From positions 160,001-224,000 of the forward strand of contig JBEKSS010000003.1 in NCBI GenBank assembly GCA_049516875.1: 64,000 nucleotides of DNA. Direction: 5' to 3'. The position numbers were made by a program, and so were the translations under genes. The notes beneath the pieces are model-generated. The model was not told the origin of the DNA. It searched no databases and saw only the letters and a list, made by a program, of their open reading frames with translations. Origin of the DNA: Candidatus Bathyarchaeia archaeon. Its GTDB lineage: Archaea; Thermoproteota; Bathyarchaeia; Bathyarchaeales; Bathycorpusculaceae. This document shows, piece after piece, positions 39,686 through 50,136 of this stretch (the stretch's first letter is position 1; each line of letters opens with the position of its first letter).

Positions 39686-40023
39686 CTCCGAAAGCCAGCC
39701 GAGATCCGTTTCTTCTCTACAGGCTTCAGAAAAACCAAAGATTAAACTTGTGAAAGCAAAATATGGAGACCCAGTTTTTACAATTCAGATTTCGACTTCA
39801 ACCTTAAAGCTAATCTCCAAAAGCTCCAGGATACTCTGTTTGATGTTGAAGAACATCCTCTTGAAAACGTAGAGAATTATCAACAAAACAAGGATGGTGA
39901 TACCGCTCAAGAATAGCGAACGGCACGCGCAGGTGAATATGATGACGGGGGAAAATTGTTTAAGAAGCAAAAACTGTTATACCTTGGCTCCCAAAGCTAA
40001 AAAGGCCTGTAGCCCAGGTGAAA

Positions 40024-40102
40024 GGGCCCGTGGTCTAGGCTGGATTAGGACGCTGGCCTGCGGAGCCGGAGATCCAGGGTTCAAATCCCTGCGGGCCCGC
40101 CA
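40024..40102 (+). tRNA. tRNA-Arg (GCG), CCA encoded
   Basis: GGGCCCG/CGGGCCC acceptor, CTGGC-CTGCGGA-GCCGG anticodon arm, CAGGG-TTCAAAT-CCCTG T arm. Confidence 0.97.
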
Positions 40103-40247
40103 AAACCCTCCCTTGCAACCTGCCCTATGAAGATTGAGATGTAGGATGTCGTGCCTGCGTTTCGTCCAGTGTTTAGGTGCTGAGGTTCAGACAAAAAAGG
40201 AATTTCCTTAAGAGACCATACAATACTATGGGTTTGGAAGGAGACTG

Positions 40248-41165
40248 ATGCCCGAAGTCCTCATCAGAGCAGAGAGCCTGACCAAGAAGTATGACGATTT
40301 CTTGGCAGTGGACAGGATAGACTTTGAGGTTTTCAAGGGTGAGTGCTGCGGTTTCCTCGGGCCTAACGGTGCAGGGAAAACGACAACCATAAAGATGATT
40401 CACTGCGTTCTGCCTTTGACTTCGGGCAGCTTAACTGTGGCCGGTATGAATGTTTCTGAAAAGCCTAGAGAAATAAAGAAAATGATAGGCGTTGCTCCTC
40501 AGGAAGAAAACCTTGACCCAGACTTCGCAGTCATCACAAACCTTCTCGTGTACGCTCGATACTTTGACGTCCCAAAGCCTGAAGCCGTCAAACGCGCAGA
40601 AAACCTTCTCAAATTTTCCCAGTTGGAAGAAAAGCGAAACGTCATCATTGACCAGCTGTCAACCGGCATGAAAAGACGGCTGATACTGGCCAGAGCGTTG
40701 ATTAATGAGCCGCATATCCTCCTGCTTGATGAGCCCACAACGGGCCTCGATCCGCAGGCGCGGCATCTGATTTGGGACAAAGTCAGAGGCCTAAGAAAGC
40801 AGGGTGTCACCATAATCTTGACCACGCATTACATGGATGAAGCAGCTGAACTCTGCGACCGCACACTGATAATGGATCACGGCAAAATCATCGAAGAAGG
40901 CAAACCTGCCGACCTGGTCAAGAAGCACGTTGGCGAAGACGTTCTCGAAGTAGACTATGACGCTGAGATGATGAAGACCTTGCAGGAAAAGTTTCCCGAA
41001 GCCATGCTGGAAACGGTGGGCGACAGGATTCGAGTGTTCACCGCTCAACCCCACGGCGTCTTTGAAGACTTCCTCAAGAACTTTCCAACCAAGGGTGCGA
41101 CAATCCGAAACGCCAACTTGGAAGACGTTTTCCTGAAATTGACTGGGAGGCAGCTTAGAGAATGA
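40248..41165 (+). CDS. ABC transporter ATP-binding protein (NodI/DrrA-like)
   Basis: GPNGAGKTT, LSTGMKRR, LLLDEPTTGLD, TTH. Confidence 0.95.
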   Translation: MPEVLIRAESLTKKYDDFLAVDRIDFEVFKGECCGFLGPNGAGKTTTIKMIHCVLPLTSGSLTVAGMNVSEKPREIKKMIGVAPQEENLDPDFAVITNLLVYARYFDVPKPEAVKRAENLLKFSQLEEKRNVIIDQLSTGMKRRLILARALINEPHILLLDEPTTGLDPQARHLIWDKVRGLRKQGVTIILTTHYMDEAAELCDRTLIMDHGKIIEEGKPADLVKKHVGEDVLEVDYDAEMMKTLQEKFPEAMLETVGDRIRVFTAQPHGVFEDFLKNFPTKGATIRNANLEDVFLKLTGRQLRE

Positions 41166-41965
41166 AGAGGCGTGACCGAATCGCGGCAAGCTTCAAGCTT
41201 CCCGAGCTGACGTACCGCGTTTGGAAAGTGTGGCAGCGAAACTTTGACGTGTTCATGAAAACGTGGAAAGTGAACTTTTTCCCGCCTCTGCTCGAGCCCA
41301 TCTTTTATCTAGTCGCCATGGGCTTCGGGCTTGGCCAGCTCGTTAAAACCGTAGAAGGCGTACCGTACATACAGTTCATTGCCCCCGCATTGGTGGCCAT
41401 TTCAGTAATGAACAGCTCATTCTTTGAGTGCACCTACGGCTCGTTCGTGCGGATGTACTACCAAAAGACCTTCGACGGCATCATCGCCACACCCATAAGC
41501 GTTGAAGAGGTCATAGCCGGAGAACTGCTTTGGGGAGCAACGCGAAGCCTGATAAGCTCAACCATAGTCCTAGGCGTCGTCGCAGCCTTCGGCCTGATAA
41601 GCAGCCCCCTGTTCATCCTGATCCTACCAATCGCGTTCTTGGGCGGCCTGATGTTTTCATCAATAGGCATGTGTTTCACAGCAATCGCGCCCAACATAGA
41701 CTTCTTCAACTACCCCGGATTCCTGTTCATAATCCCAATGTTCCTGCTCAGCAACACGTTTTTTTCGCTCAGCAATTTTCCCCAAGCCCTGCAGACTTTC
41801 GCAGTGGCCGTCCTTCCTCTCGTGCATCAAGTAACGCTGACCAGAGGATTAATGCTGGGAAACCTTCAGTCCCTAATGCTTCTCAGCATCATCTGGATCG
41901 CAGCTGTCACGCTTTTCTTCTTCATTCTAAGCATAAACTTTATGAAAAAAAGACTCGTCAAATAG
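41162..41965 (+). CDS. ABC-2 type permease (NodJ-like)
   Basis: Six TMs; YIQFIAPAL, GELLWG; overlaps the ATPase. Confidence 0.92.
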   Translation: MKRRDRIAASFKLPELTYRVWKVWQRNFDVFMKTWKVNFFPPLLEPIFYLVAMGFGLGQLVKTVEGVPYIQFIAPALVAISVMNSSFFECTYGSFVRMYYQKTFDGIIATPISVEEVIAGELLWGATRSLISSTIVLGVVAAFGLISSPLFILILPIAFLGGLMFSSIGMCFTAIAPNIDFFNYPGFLFIIPMFLLSNTFFSLSNFPQALQTFAVAVLPLVHQVTLTRGLMLGNLQSLMLLSIIWIAAVTLFFFILSINFMKKRLVK

Positions 41966-42027
41966 AAGAGTACAAGCTCAGAGAAGTCACGTGGCCAGCG
42001 TGTGTTCCGGCTCAACATTCTGCCATT

Positions 42028-42876
42028 CTAGCCTGCGGCTTCGAAGCCTTTCAACAGAGCGTCTATGTCTCTTCCCACGTTTTCGCCTGAGTATCCGCCT
42101 TCTAACACAAAGAACGTGGGCTTCTTCAATCCGGCAACCCTTTTTCCTATACCCTGATAGGCTTTCTCTGTCAGGCCGAGCGACGCTAGGTCTCCGTCGT
42201 GCGTGTCAAACCCAGCTGAAACAGCCACCACTTCAAACTTGCCGGTGTCAACAGTGCCTAACGCTTTCTCAAGAGCCTTCAAGTAGAAGGTGTCTCCACA
42301 GTCTCGCGGTAACGGATAGTTCAGGCAGTTCCCTTCAGAAACAGTGCCTGTGCCAGGATAGTTTGGATGCCTGTGCAGGGAAACGTACGCCACTTTCTTG
42401 TCGCCGCGGAAGATTTCTTGGGTTCCGTTTCCATGATGCCCGTCAATGTCCAAGATCAAAGTGGGCTTGTCCAAGCTTTTCACAGCGATTGCGACATTGT
42501 TGAAATAGCAGAATCCTCTTGTAGCCGCGCCCAAAGCCGTACCGCTCCTTCCTGCATGATGTCCAGGTGGACGCATAAGCGAGAACCCCTTGACATTCGC
42601 CGCCAAGATCGCTCCTCCAGCTGAAAGTCTTGCATACTCAAAAATGTTGTCATAAGCCGGGGTGTCGCCGTCCTCAACCAGTCCCTTCTTGACCGCCCAC
42701 AGGTATTCGCTGTCATGAACCCTGAGCAAATCCTCCTCTGACGCTGGTTCGGGCTTCAAAAACTCGTAGCCCTTACCGCTCAGGATTTCATGGGCTTTCC
42801 CGACTCTTTCAGGTCCTTCAACATGCCAGGACCCGTAGCCTAGACATTTACCCGAAAACACGATTTTCGTCCTCAT
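42028..42876 (-). CDS. Histone deacetylase family (AcuC/AphA-like) amidohydrolase
   Basis: RPPGHHA, GFCYFNNVA, DIDGHHGNGTQ, SAGFD, LEGGY. Confidence 0.95.
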   Translation of the reverse strand: MRTKIVFSGKCLGYGSWHVEGPERVGKAHEILSGKGYEFLKPEPASEEDLLRVHDSEYLWAVKKGLVEDGDTPAYDNIFEYARLSAGGAILAANVKGFSLMRPPGHHAGRSGTALGAATRGFCYFNNVAIAVKSLDKPTLILDIDGHHGNGTQEIFRGDKKVAYVSLHRHPNYPGTGTVSEGNCLNYPLPRDCGDTFYLKALEKALGTVDTGKFEVVAVSAGFDTHDGDLASLGLTEKAYQGIGKRVAGLKKPTFFVLEGGYSGENVGRDIDALLKGFEAAG

Positions 42877-42965
42877 AACCACGCGCACCCGTTTCCAGAT
42901 AGATTGATATTTTTCAAATTAAAATATAACTTCACCTCTTAAACTGTTGGAGAAACATCAACAAA

Positions 42966-44930
42966 ATGAAAAAAGCATCCCCCGTTGCCGAGAACCCTTT
43001 CGCAGTGTTCCGGACAGAATGCGAGAACAGCCTAGCCTCGGCTTTCAAGAAACTGTTTCCCGAAATCCAGATTGAAAACTTGGCAATAGAAAAGCCGCCA
43101 AACCCAGCGTTTGGACAACTGGCTTCCTCGCTGTGTTTTGAGCTTGCCAAAAAACTGGGAGAGAAACCTTTAGCGCTAGCTGAACGCTTGGCCAAAGCCG
43201 TAGACCCCACAGAGTTTTCTCTGATAAGCAATGTTACCGCTGCCGGGGGAGGCTACGTCAATTTCCACGTGAACTTTGTCAAGTTCTCAGCCTTGACCCT
43301 TGAATCTGCTGGGAGATTGGACGCTGGATATGGTTTTGTCAAAACGGAGAAGCCTTTGAAAATCATCGTGGAACACACGAGCGCAAACCCTCTTCACCCT
43401 CTCACCATCGGCACCGCAAGAAACCCCGTGCTCGGCGACACCCTTTCTCGCCTACTCAGAAGCAGAGGATACGCAGTCAGTCGCCACTTCTACATTGACG
43501 ATGTGGGCCGCCAGTCATCTGTCATCGCTTACGGCTACGAAAAACTGGGAAAGCCCAAGCCGGAAGGCAAGCCTGACCAGTTTATCGGCAAGATCTACAC
43601 TATCACGAGCTGTCTCGTTGAGATAAACCGACTGAAAAAAGAGCTTGAAAACGCGAAGGGCGTTTCAGGAGCAGAAGAGACTGCAAAAATCACCAGGGAG
43701 CTGGACGATTGGGTTTCCATCGCGGCGGAGATGAAGGACAAGTATCCAGCTCTCTTCGATGAACTGCTCGGAAAAATAGTCAAAGACAAGAATCCTGAGG
43801 ATTCGATAAAGATACTGAACAAGGCCTACGAGGTGAAAGAAGAGAAGGCCAAGCAGCTAGTCAGACAGGTCAGTGAACTGTGCTTGGAAGGGTTCAGGGA
43901 GACGCTTGGCAGAATCGACGTTTCACTCGACTCATGGGACTGGGAGAGCGACCTCGTCTGGAGCGGCCGCGTCAACGAGGTTTTCCAGAAACTCAAGAAG
44001 TCACCGTACACTTTCGCTGAAGGCGGCGTTTTGGAGTTCGACGCCGAAAAAGTCGTCAAACAACAAGGGCTTTGGGCCAAGCTTGGCGTAAAAGAAGGCC
44101 ATGAAGTTCCACCCTTAACACTGGGACGTGCTGACGGCACGACACTCTACACCACGAGGGACGCCGCGTACACCCTGTGGAAGTTCGAAAGAGCCGAGAA
44201 AGTCATCAACGTTATTGGCATGGAGCAGAGTCTTGCTCAACTACAATTGAAAATAGCTTTGCACGCTCTGGGCTACGGCAAATTCGCCGACAACCTGATT
44301 CACTTCGCCTACAACCTAGTGACACTTCCAGGCTACAGGATGTCCAGTCGAAGGGGACGGTACATAACCCTTGACGAAGTCATGGACGAAGCTGTAAAAC
44401 GAGCCTACGAAGAAGTTTCGAAGCGTTCCCCACAACTGTCAGACAAGGAGAAACAGGAAATAGCAAACTTCGTGGGTCTGGGCGCCGTTCGCTACGCGCT
44501 CGTCGAAGTTGACATTTCGAAGCCTGTTGCTTTCACTTGGGACCGAGTGCTGAACTTCGAGAAGAACAGCGCACCCTACATCCAATACACCCACGCCAGA
44601 GCCTGCAGCATCCTGAAGAAAGCAGCTGAAAGAACAGGAGAACCAGCCTTCGAACTGCTAAACGAAACGTTGGAGCACGAAATAATCTTGACACTAGCCA
44701 GCTTCCCAGACACATTCATCGAAGCAGCGGAATACCTGAAGCCAAACCTCATCGCCGACTTTGCAAATTCTTTGGCAGACAAGTTCAACACGTTCTACAA
44801 CGCGTTCCCAGTGATAAGAGCCGAACCGCAAGGACTAAGCAACGCAAGACTCGCTCTGACAGACGTAGTTAGAATAGTGCTTCGGAACGCCCTCAACCTG
44901 ATAGGCATCTTGGCCCCCGAAAAAATGTAA
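42966..44930 (+). CDS. argS: Arginine--tRNA ligase
   Basis: EHTSANPLHPLTIG, RADGTTLY, MSSRRG, PYIQYTHAR, C-terminal PEKM. Confidence 0.97.
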   Translation: MKKASPVAENPFAVFRTECENSLASAFKKLFPEIQIENLAIEKPPNPAFGQLASSLCFELAKKLGEKPLALAERLAKAVDPTEFSLISNVTAAGGGYVNFHVNFVKFSALTLESAGRLDAGYGFVKTEKPLKIIVEHTSANPLHPLTIGTARNPVLGDTLSRLLRSRGYAVSRHFYIDDVGRQSSVIAYGYEKLGKPKPEGKPDQFIGKIYTITSCLVEINRLKKELENAKGVSGAEETAKITRELDDWVSIAAEMKDKYPALFDELLGKIVKDKNPEDSIKILNKAYEVKEEKAKQLVRQVSELCLEGFRETLGRIDVSLDSWDWESDLVWSGRVNEVFQKLKKSPYTFAEGGVLEFDAEKVVKQQGLWAKLGVKEGHEVPPLTLGRADGTTLYTTRDAAYTLWKFERAEKVINVIGMEQSLAQLQLKIALHALGYGKFADNLIHFAYNLVTLPGYRMSSRRGRYITLDEVMDEAVKRAYEEVSKRSPQLSDKEKQEIANFVGLGAVRYALVEVDISKPVAFTWDRVLNFEKNSAPYIQYTHARACSILKKAAERTGEPAFELLNETLEHEIILTLASFPDTFIEAAEYLKPNLIADFANSLADKFNTFYNAFPVIRAEPQGLSNARLALTDVVRIVLRNALNLIGILAPEKM

Positions 44931-45077
44931 ACACTGGCGCCGTGCTGATTGCTGCGCCTAAAGTCGACCAAGCAAAAACCCGATTGGACGTTTGATGCGA
45001 GTCCCTTTTCAAGTTGTATGTCAGAGTACAGAAATGTTTTATGCGGTTTTGACACCTAAGTGAATCGGTGAAATGTT

Positions 45078-45446
45078 ATGGACGACCTTGAAGAGTTTAG
45101 ACGTTACCGTGAAAAAATGAATCAGCGTATTCTTTCTGCAGGAAACCTCGGGATTAAGCGGTTTTTTGCCTTGGACAGTCGCGCGTATGAAAAGGGCGTC
45201 TTAGACGTTAAGACCAAGGAGATGATGGGTTTGGTCGCTTCCACAGTGCTACGATGCAACGATTGCATCACTTATCACGTAGTCCGCTGTGTTCAAGAAG
45301 GGGTTTCAGACGAAGAGCTTTTCGAAGCGTTGAACGTGGCGCTAGTGGTTGGTGGTTCAATCACAATCCCACACGTAAGACGCGCGGTAGATACATTCGA
45401 CCAATGCAGAGAAAAACAGCAGCACGGACAAACAATCAAACTCTAG
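45078..45446 (+). CDS. Carboxymuconolactone decarboxylase/AhpD-family protein
   Basis: LRCNDCITYH motif. Confidence 0.88.
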   Translation: MDDLEEFRRYREKMNQRILSAGNLGIKRFFALDSRAYEKGVLDVKTKEMMGLVASTVLRCNDCITYHVVRCVQEGVSDEELFEALNVALVVGGSITIPHVRRAVDTFDQCREKQQHGQTIKL

Positions 45447-45560
45447 CATGTGCACCGATTCCAGATGCCACAGCTGAACACGCATCTTCGTTCCAGCGAC
45501 TAGCTTCAGCATCAAAAATCTCTTATACTGCACTCTGAATCTAGAACGAGAGGTCTCAGC

Positions 45561-46622
45561 ATGTCCAACTCATATTTCAAGAGGAAGGTAAAGGCCATCG
45601 AGGTTGAAGAGAAAAGCATTTCCAAGCTCTTGGCCGAAATGAGCGAAACAGCTTACCAAGGGAGAAAGCTTGGTGAAGCGGTTGAAGTTTGGGAAGCGAT
45701 GCTGAAGGAGAAGGAACTGGTCATTGTCATGGGTTTTTCAGGCTCGATGAGCACCGCTGGGCAATGGAAAATCGTTAATTGGCTTATAGAAAACCGTTTC
45801 ATCGACGTTCTCGTTTCAACAGGAGCGAACATTTCGGAGGACATCGTTGACGCCATGGGGCTCGGCTACTGGCAGGGCACGCATTACGCTGACGATGAGG
45901 AGCTTCTGAAAGCAGACATAAACAGGTACTACGACGTTTACGGTAAAGAAACCGACTACCGAGAAATGGAGCTGCTCATGACCAACGGGCTCAAGACTCT
46001 CAAAAAAGGGTATCCCTACACCTCCGCCGAACTCTTGTACGTGTTCGGCAAATACCTGAACAAGAAAGGCGTGAAAAGCATAGTCGCCACAGCAGCCGCC
46101 CACGGTGTTCCAGTCTTCTGTCCGGCAATAACCGACAGCGCCTACGGCGAAGCATTTCTGATGGCCAAGAACGAAGGGCACCCTGTCATGCTGGACGAGG
46201 TTAAGGAGTTTGATCAGTTCGTCGGCATAGGCGAAAAGACCAAGGACGTTGGCGTTATCTACATCGGCGGCGGCGTGCCCAAAGACTTCACTCAGTTGCT
46301 CGCCATTTCGGTCTCGCCTAAAACGATGGACGAGGGGGTTCCTGGAAGGAAAGGCTTCCTGCGGAAGGGCATAAAGGAGTATTATTACCCCCATCGCTAC
46401 GCGATTCAAATAACGACTGATTCGCCGCAGTGGGGAGGCTTGTCAGGCTGCACGCTTGAAGAGGCCATAAGCTGGGGAAAAATCAATGAACAGGGAAAAA
46501 GAGCCGTCTGCTACTGTGACGCGACAATCGCGTTGCCGCTGATAACTCATGCGCTTAATGAAAGGGTGAAAACGAAAAGGAAGGCACCGGATCTTTCGTG
46601 GCTTTTCACCCACGCTTCCTAG
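45561..46622 (+). CDS. Deoxyhypusine synthase-like protein (non-canonical paralog)
   Basis: GGGVPKDF, WGGLSGCTLEEAISWGK. Confidence 0.88.
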   Translation: MSNSYFKRKVKAIEVEEKSISKLLAEMSETAYQGRKLGEAVEVWEAMLKEKELVIVMGFSGSMSTAGQWKIVNWLIENRFIDVLVSTGANISEDIVDAMGLGYWQGTHYADDEELLKADINRYYDVYGKETDYREMELLMTNGLKTLKKGYPYTSAELLYVFGKYLNKKGVKSIVATAAAHGVPVFCPAITDSAYGEAFLMAKNEGHPVMLDEVKEFDQFVGIGEKTKDVGVIYIGGGVPKDFTQLLAISVSPKTMDEGVPGRKGFLRKGIKEYYYPHRYAIQITTDSPQWGGLSGCTLEEAISWGKINEQGKRAVCYCDATIALPLITHALNERVKTKRKAPDLSWLFTHAS

Positions 46623-47559
46623 GTTTCCCAACCCTGGCTATCAGCGAGCTCACCATTATAGGAAGAATAAGTGAAGCGTCGCCTTCGATCATGATTTTAT
46701 ACGCCTTCTTATTTATCTTGCCCCATGAAACCGCCTCTCGAGGTCTGGCGCCTGACAAGCTGCCGTCCCATTCAACAGCCGTGCTGATGTAAACGGCGTA
46801 GTTGAGGCCGTCTTTGAACTGGTTCCACCAGAGCGTGTGATGCTTCGATATTCCACCGCCTATGAGCAGCGCGCCACTCTTTTTTGCTGAGAAAACGATG
46901 TCGCTCAGATGTCCAGAATCCTTCAGCAAGTTGAGTTTGAAATCGTGATCTTGCGAGAAAAGCCAGATTTGATATCCCACTGCTCCGTCTGTGATGCCCG
47001 GCACAAAGACTGGAACTTTGTTCTTGGCTGCCCAATAAAGTATGGAACTTTCGTTGCAGATGCGTTTTCCAATCTCACGGCACAGCTGAGCTGATGAAAC
47101 CTCTTTGACGCCTTCTTCGCATAGGCTTTGCAGCAGCTCCTGCATTTTCTTTTCGATGATGAGGCCGTAGCTTTCGTTCGGGACGAGAACGTTTCCAAGA
47201 CGGTTGATGTTTTTTTCGTGTAGTTTGGCGTCGTTCATGACGAAGGAGCCTTTGTAGTAGTTTTTCCAGCTTCGGGCAACGTCATGATCCAGTGTGCCGC
47301 AGGTTGTGACGACAACGTCGATGAGCTTTCGTTTCACGAGTTCCTTCAAAGCGCCCCGGGCGCCGGTGGCCACGAGGTTTCCGGTGAAAGAGAGAAACTT
47401 GACGCACTTCTTGTCCCTGGCCATATTCTCAAGTATTCTCACACCCACGGCCAGTTTTCCAGCAGTAAATCCCCAGGCTTTTTCCATCTGCAGAACGAGC
47501 TCGTCCACGGACATTTTCTCAGAAAAACTGTAATCTTCAACGGCGTCATTCAACATCAC
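46606..47559 (-). CDS. dys: Deoxyhypusine synthase
   Basis: NRLGN, GGGISKHH, DGSLSGARPREAVSWGKI. Confidence 0.93.
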   Translation of the reverse strand: MMLNDAVEDYSFSEKMSVDELVLQMEKAWGFTAGKLAVGVRILENMARDKKCVKFLSFTGNLVATGARGALKELVKRKLIDVVVTTCGTLDHDVARSWKNYYKGSFVMNDAKLHEKNINRLGNVLVPNESYGLIIEKKMQELLQSLCEEGVKEVSSAQLCREIGKRICNESSILYWAAKNKVPVFVPGITDGAVGYQIWLFSQDHDFKLNLLKDSGHLSDIVFSAKKSGALLIGGGISKHHTLWWNQFKDGLNYAVYISTAVEWDGSLSGARPREAVSWGKINKKAYKIMIEGDASLILPIMVSSLIARVGKPRKRG

Positions 47560-48491
47560 TTAAGTCCCCCAAGGGCTTCTAGATAGGTCTTGTAAATTGT
47601 TCCAGCCGCATCTTTGATTGCTTTTTTCTCTGGATCACTCAGCAGGTCCCACAGGTCTGGGCTGAGCGACTTTGCAATCCTCGCGGGTACCGTGACGTAG
47701 ACTGGTTCAGGCGTGGTTTTGAACTGGCTTTGCCTCGAATAGCTCATCACTTTGCCGGTGTTGAGCATGATTCCGCGGATTATTTCGATGAAGGAGCCTG
47801 CTGGACCGTGTCTTGTTCCGCCTAGGACGCGTATTATTTCGCGGCTGACTTCCTTGACATAGTTTTCGCACTTCGCCTCGTCCAGCACTTGCTCGGTTTT
47901 CCTGAGATATTCTTCGAGTGGCAAGCCGTTTATTTTGACGAGGCTCCAAAGGGGAACGGCGGCTTCTCCGTGTTCTCCGCCCACGTACGCTTCGATTGTT
48001 CCTATGGGAACGCTCAGTTCTCTGCTTAGGATTGTTCTGAATCTGGATGTTTCGAGGTTAGTTCCGGTTCCAATCACGTGTCTTTTGTATTCTGCTGCTC
48101 TGCTGGCTATTGTGGCCATGGCGTCAACGGGATTGGTTATAACAAAATACCATGCGTTAGGGTTGTTTTCAACCGTGTTTTCCACTATTTCCTTCACTAT
48201 TCCGGCGTTTTTCGTTGCCAGGTCTCTTCTGCTCATTTCAGGTGTCCTTGGAAACCCGGCAGCTATCACTATTAGATCCGCGTCTTTCACCAGTTTACTG
48301 TTGTCGTAGGCGTTTATTTTGACGTCAAAGCCATGGCTGGCTATAGCATGACACAATTCTTCTTTTGTCATTTCAGCCACACTCGGAGCCCTGTCGACGA
48401 GTGAAAGCTCTGTCACGTATCTTTCGAAGATTAGGCTGAAGGCGACTTCTCCGCCCACGCGGCCGGTGCCTGCAACTGCTATGTGTGCCAT
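47556..48491 (-). CDS. mdh: Malate dehydrogenase (LDH-like family)
   Basis: GTGRVG, PRTPEMSRRDL (Arg specificity residue), TNPVD, GEHG. Confidence 0.85.
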   Translation of the reverse strand: MAHIAVAGTGRVGGEVAFSLIFERYVTELSLVDRAPSVAEMTKEELCHAIASHGFDVKINAYDNSKLVKDADLIVIAAGFPRTPEMSRRDLATKNAGIVKEIVENTVENNPNAWYFVITNPVDAMATIASRAAEYKRHVIGTGTNLETSRFRTILSRELSVPIGTIEAYVGGEHGEAAVPLWSLVKINGLPLEEYLRKTEQVLDEAKCENYVKEVSREIIRVLGGTRHGPAGSFIEIIRGIMLNTGKVMSYSRQSQFKTTPEPVYVTVPARIAKSLSPDLWDLLSDPEKKAIKDAAGTIYKTYLEALGGLK

Positions 48492-48572
48492 GATAACACT
48501 TCCTAAGCCAATTACATTTTGGCTTTAATAAAACAATTGTGGGAATGGATAGACATTTTGTAAAAGCCGAGT

Positions 48573-49451
48573 CTAGTCGACTAAGTACTCGATGATTTTT
48601 CCGTAGAGGTCTTTGTTTCTGGAGTCTTCGTAGCCTGCGTAGATGCTGGGGTTGTCGTTCACTTCCACCACTACGTAGTTGCCGTTGACCTCTTTGATGT
48701 CCACTCCGTAGAGCCCGTGTCCAATGACTTCGCAGGCTTTGAGCGCCACTTCCTTCAATTTGGCAGGAGCGTTCTCTGTTTTAAGTGCAACGGTTCTTCC
48801 CCAGACGAAAGTGGGTTTGCCCCTGCGTTTAGCCCCGTGTTTCCATTTGCCCTTGGGAATCATGTATTTGCAGACGTACAGTGTTTCGCGGTTCAAGACT
48901 CCGACTCTCCAGTCGAAAGCGGTGGGCATGAATGTTTGAACGGCCAGCATGTCGGATTTTCTGAAGTATCTTTTTGCCACATCGCGGAAGCTTGTTTCGC
49001 ACGCAACCTTTTCCACGTATTTTGAGAAGCTTGTGTAAGGGGCTTTCACGACGATGGGTTTTCCGAGGGTTTCGAAGACTTCCAAGAGTCGTTTGTGATG
49101 CAAATCCTCTTTGTTCAAGAAAACCGTTGGGATGTGTGGCACATCGTGTTTTTTGAAAAGATCGTACAGGTGGATTTTGTTTCCGCAAATCTGAATCGAC
49201 TCGGGATCGTCAATTACTCTTCTGCCTAGCTCCCAGGCTGTCTTGGAAACTACGTATGACGTGAAAAGCGGGTCAGTTGTGGCCCTTATGAAAACTGCAT
49301 CATACTTTGGAATTTCAGGTATGCCTTCTCTGAACATGAAGTCGAATTCGTGGCCCATTCTCTGCGCTGTCCGCTGGAAGTTCTGGAGCGCAACTGCTTC
49401 TCTTTGATCTGAAAAGTTGTACTTCTCAACAAAACAGGCTATCCTAGCCAA
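48573..49451 (-). CDS. RimK-family ATP-grasp ligase
   Basis: DWRVGVL, YGVDIK, VEVNDNP. Confidence 0.9.
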   Translation of the reverse strand: MARIACFVEKYNFSDQREAVALQNFQRTAQRMGHEFDFMFREGIPEIPKYDAVFIRATTDPLFTSYVVSKTAWELGRRVIDDPESIQICGNKIHLYDLFKKHDVPHIPTVFLNKEDLHHKRLLEVFETLGKPIVVKAPYTSFSKYVEKVACETSFRDVAKRYFRKSDMLAVQTFMPTAFDWRVGVLNRETLYVCKYMIPKGKWKHGAKRRGKPTFVWGRTVALKTENAPAKLKEVALKACEVIGHGLYGVDIKEVNGNYVVVEVNDNPSIYAGYEDSRNKDLYGKIIEYLVD

Positions 49452-50136
49452 CTAGGTGTTCACCCTTGCTCGACATCCGAGAAACCTCTTCACTAACCAT
49501 CTCCAAATCCGCGGGCAAAATCTCCTCCATTCTCAAAGGTTGGAGCCCGCACAGGTACGCTTCCTTTCCAACCCGTTGAACGTGTATTTTGCAAATGGGA
49601 AGTTGAAAGGCTTCATAAACCCGCATCGATATTCTTGCGGCCTCCCCCTCCATTCTGCATCTTCCAAAAACAGACTTGAACGTAACCATTTCACCCTTGA
49701 GAGGCTGGGCGCAGACAGCGAACTTGTAGTTCATGCTCAGACTCTTGACGGCCCTGTACAGTGCGCTCCTGTTCTGTGCGATGCTGAAACCGTCGTAGCA
49801 GAACGGGTTGACTGCGAAAACGACTAGTGGAAAACCGAGTTCCGAGATTATCTGTTTCACCGATCCGGTGACCAGGTAAGGCAAAGTTGGAATTCCAGCC
49901 TTTGAAGCTCTAAGCAGTAAAATAGGCGTTCTGCTGGCGTCAATTATGCTTTCGCTTGAGGGAACCACACGGTTTCCCAAAACCTCTGCGTGCATGGACA
50001 CGTAGTACCCTGTCTTCAAGTAGCGGTAGTCATTGTTAAGATTGAGAGTAAAATCTTTGATTGACGAGTTCAGGAACGCGGTCGGTTTCATTGCATGCAA
50101 GTTTGTCGGTAAATCGATGTTTGAGACAACCAGCAC
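49444..50136 (-). CDS. RimK-like ATP-grasp N-terminal (RLAN) domain protein
   Basis: NLNNDYRYLKTGYYVSMHAEVLGNRVVPS. Confidence 0.8.
   Translation of the reverse strand: MLVVSNIDLPTNLHAMKPTAFLNSSIKDFTLNLNNDYRYLKTGYYVSMHAEVLGNRVVPSSESIIDASRTPILLLRASKAGIPTLPYLVTGSVKQIISELGFPLVVFAVNPFCYDGFSIAQNRSALYRAVKSLSMNYKFAVCAQPLKGEMVTFKSVFGRCRMEGEAARISMRVYEAFQLPICKIHVQRVGKEAYLCGLQPLRMEEILPADLEMVSEEVSRMSSKGEHLVG

Noticed and set aside
37075-40102. Integrated provirus or ICE at tRNA-Arg
   Set aside because: No integrase, no duplicated tRNA 3' end and no viral structural genes in the window.
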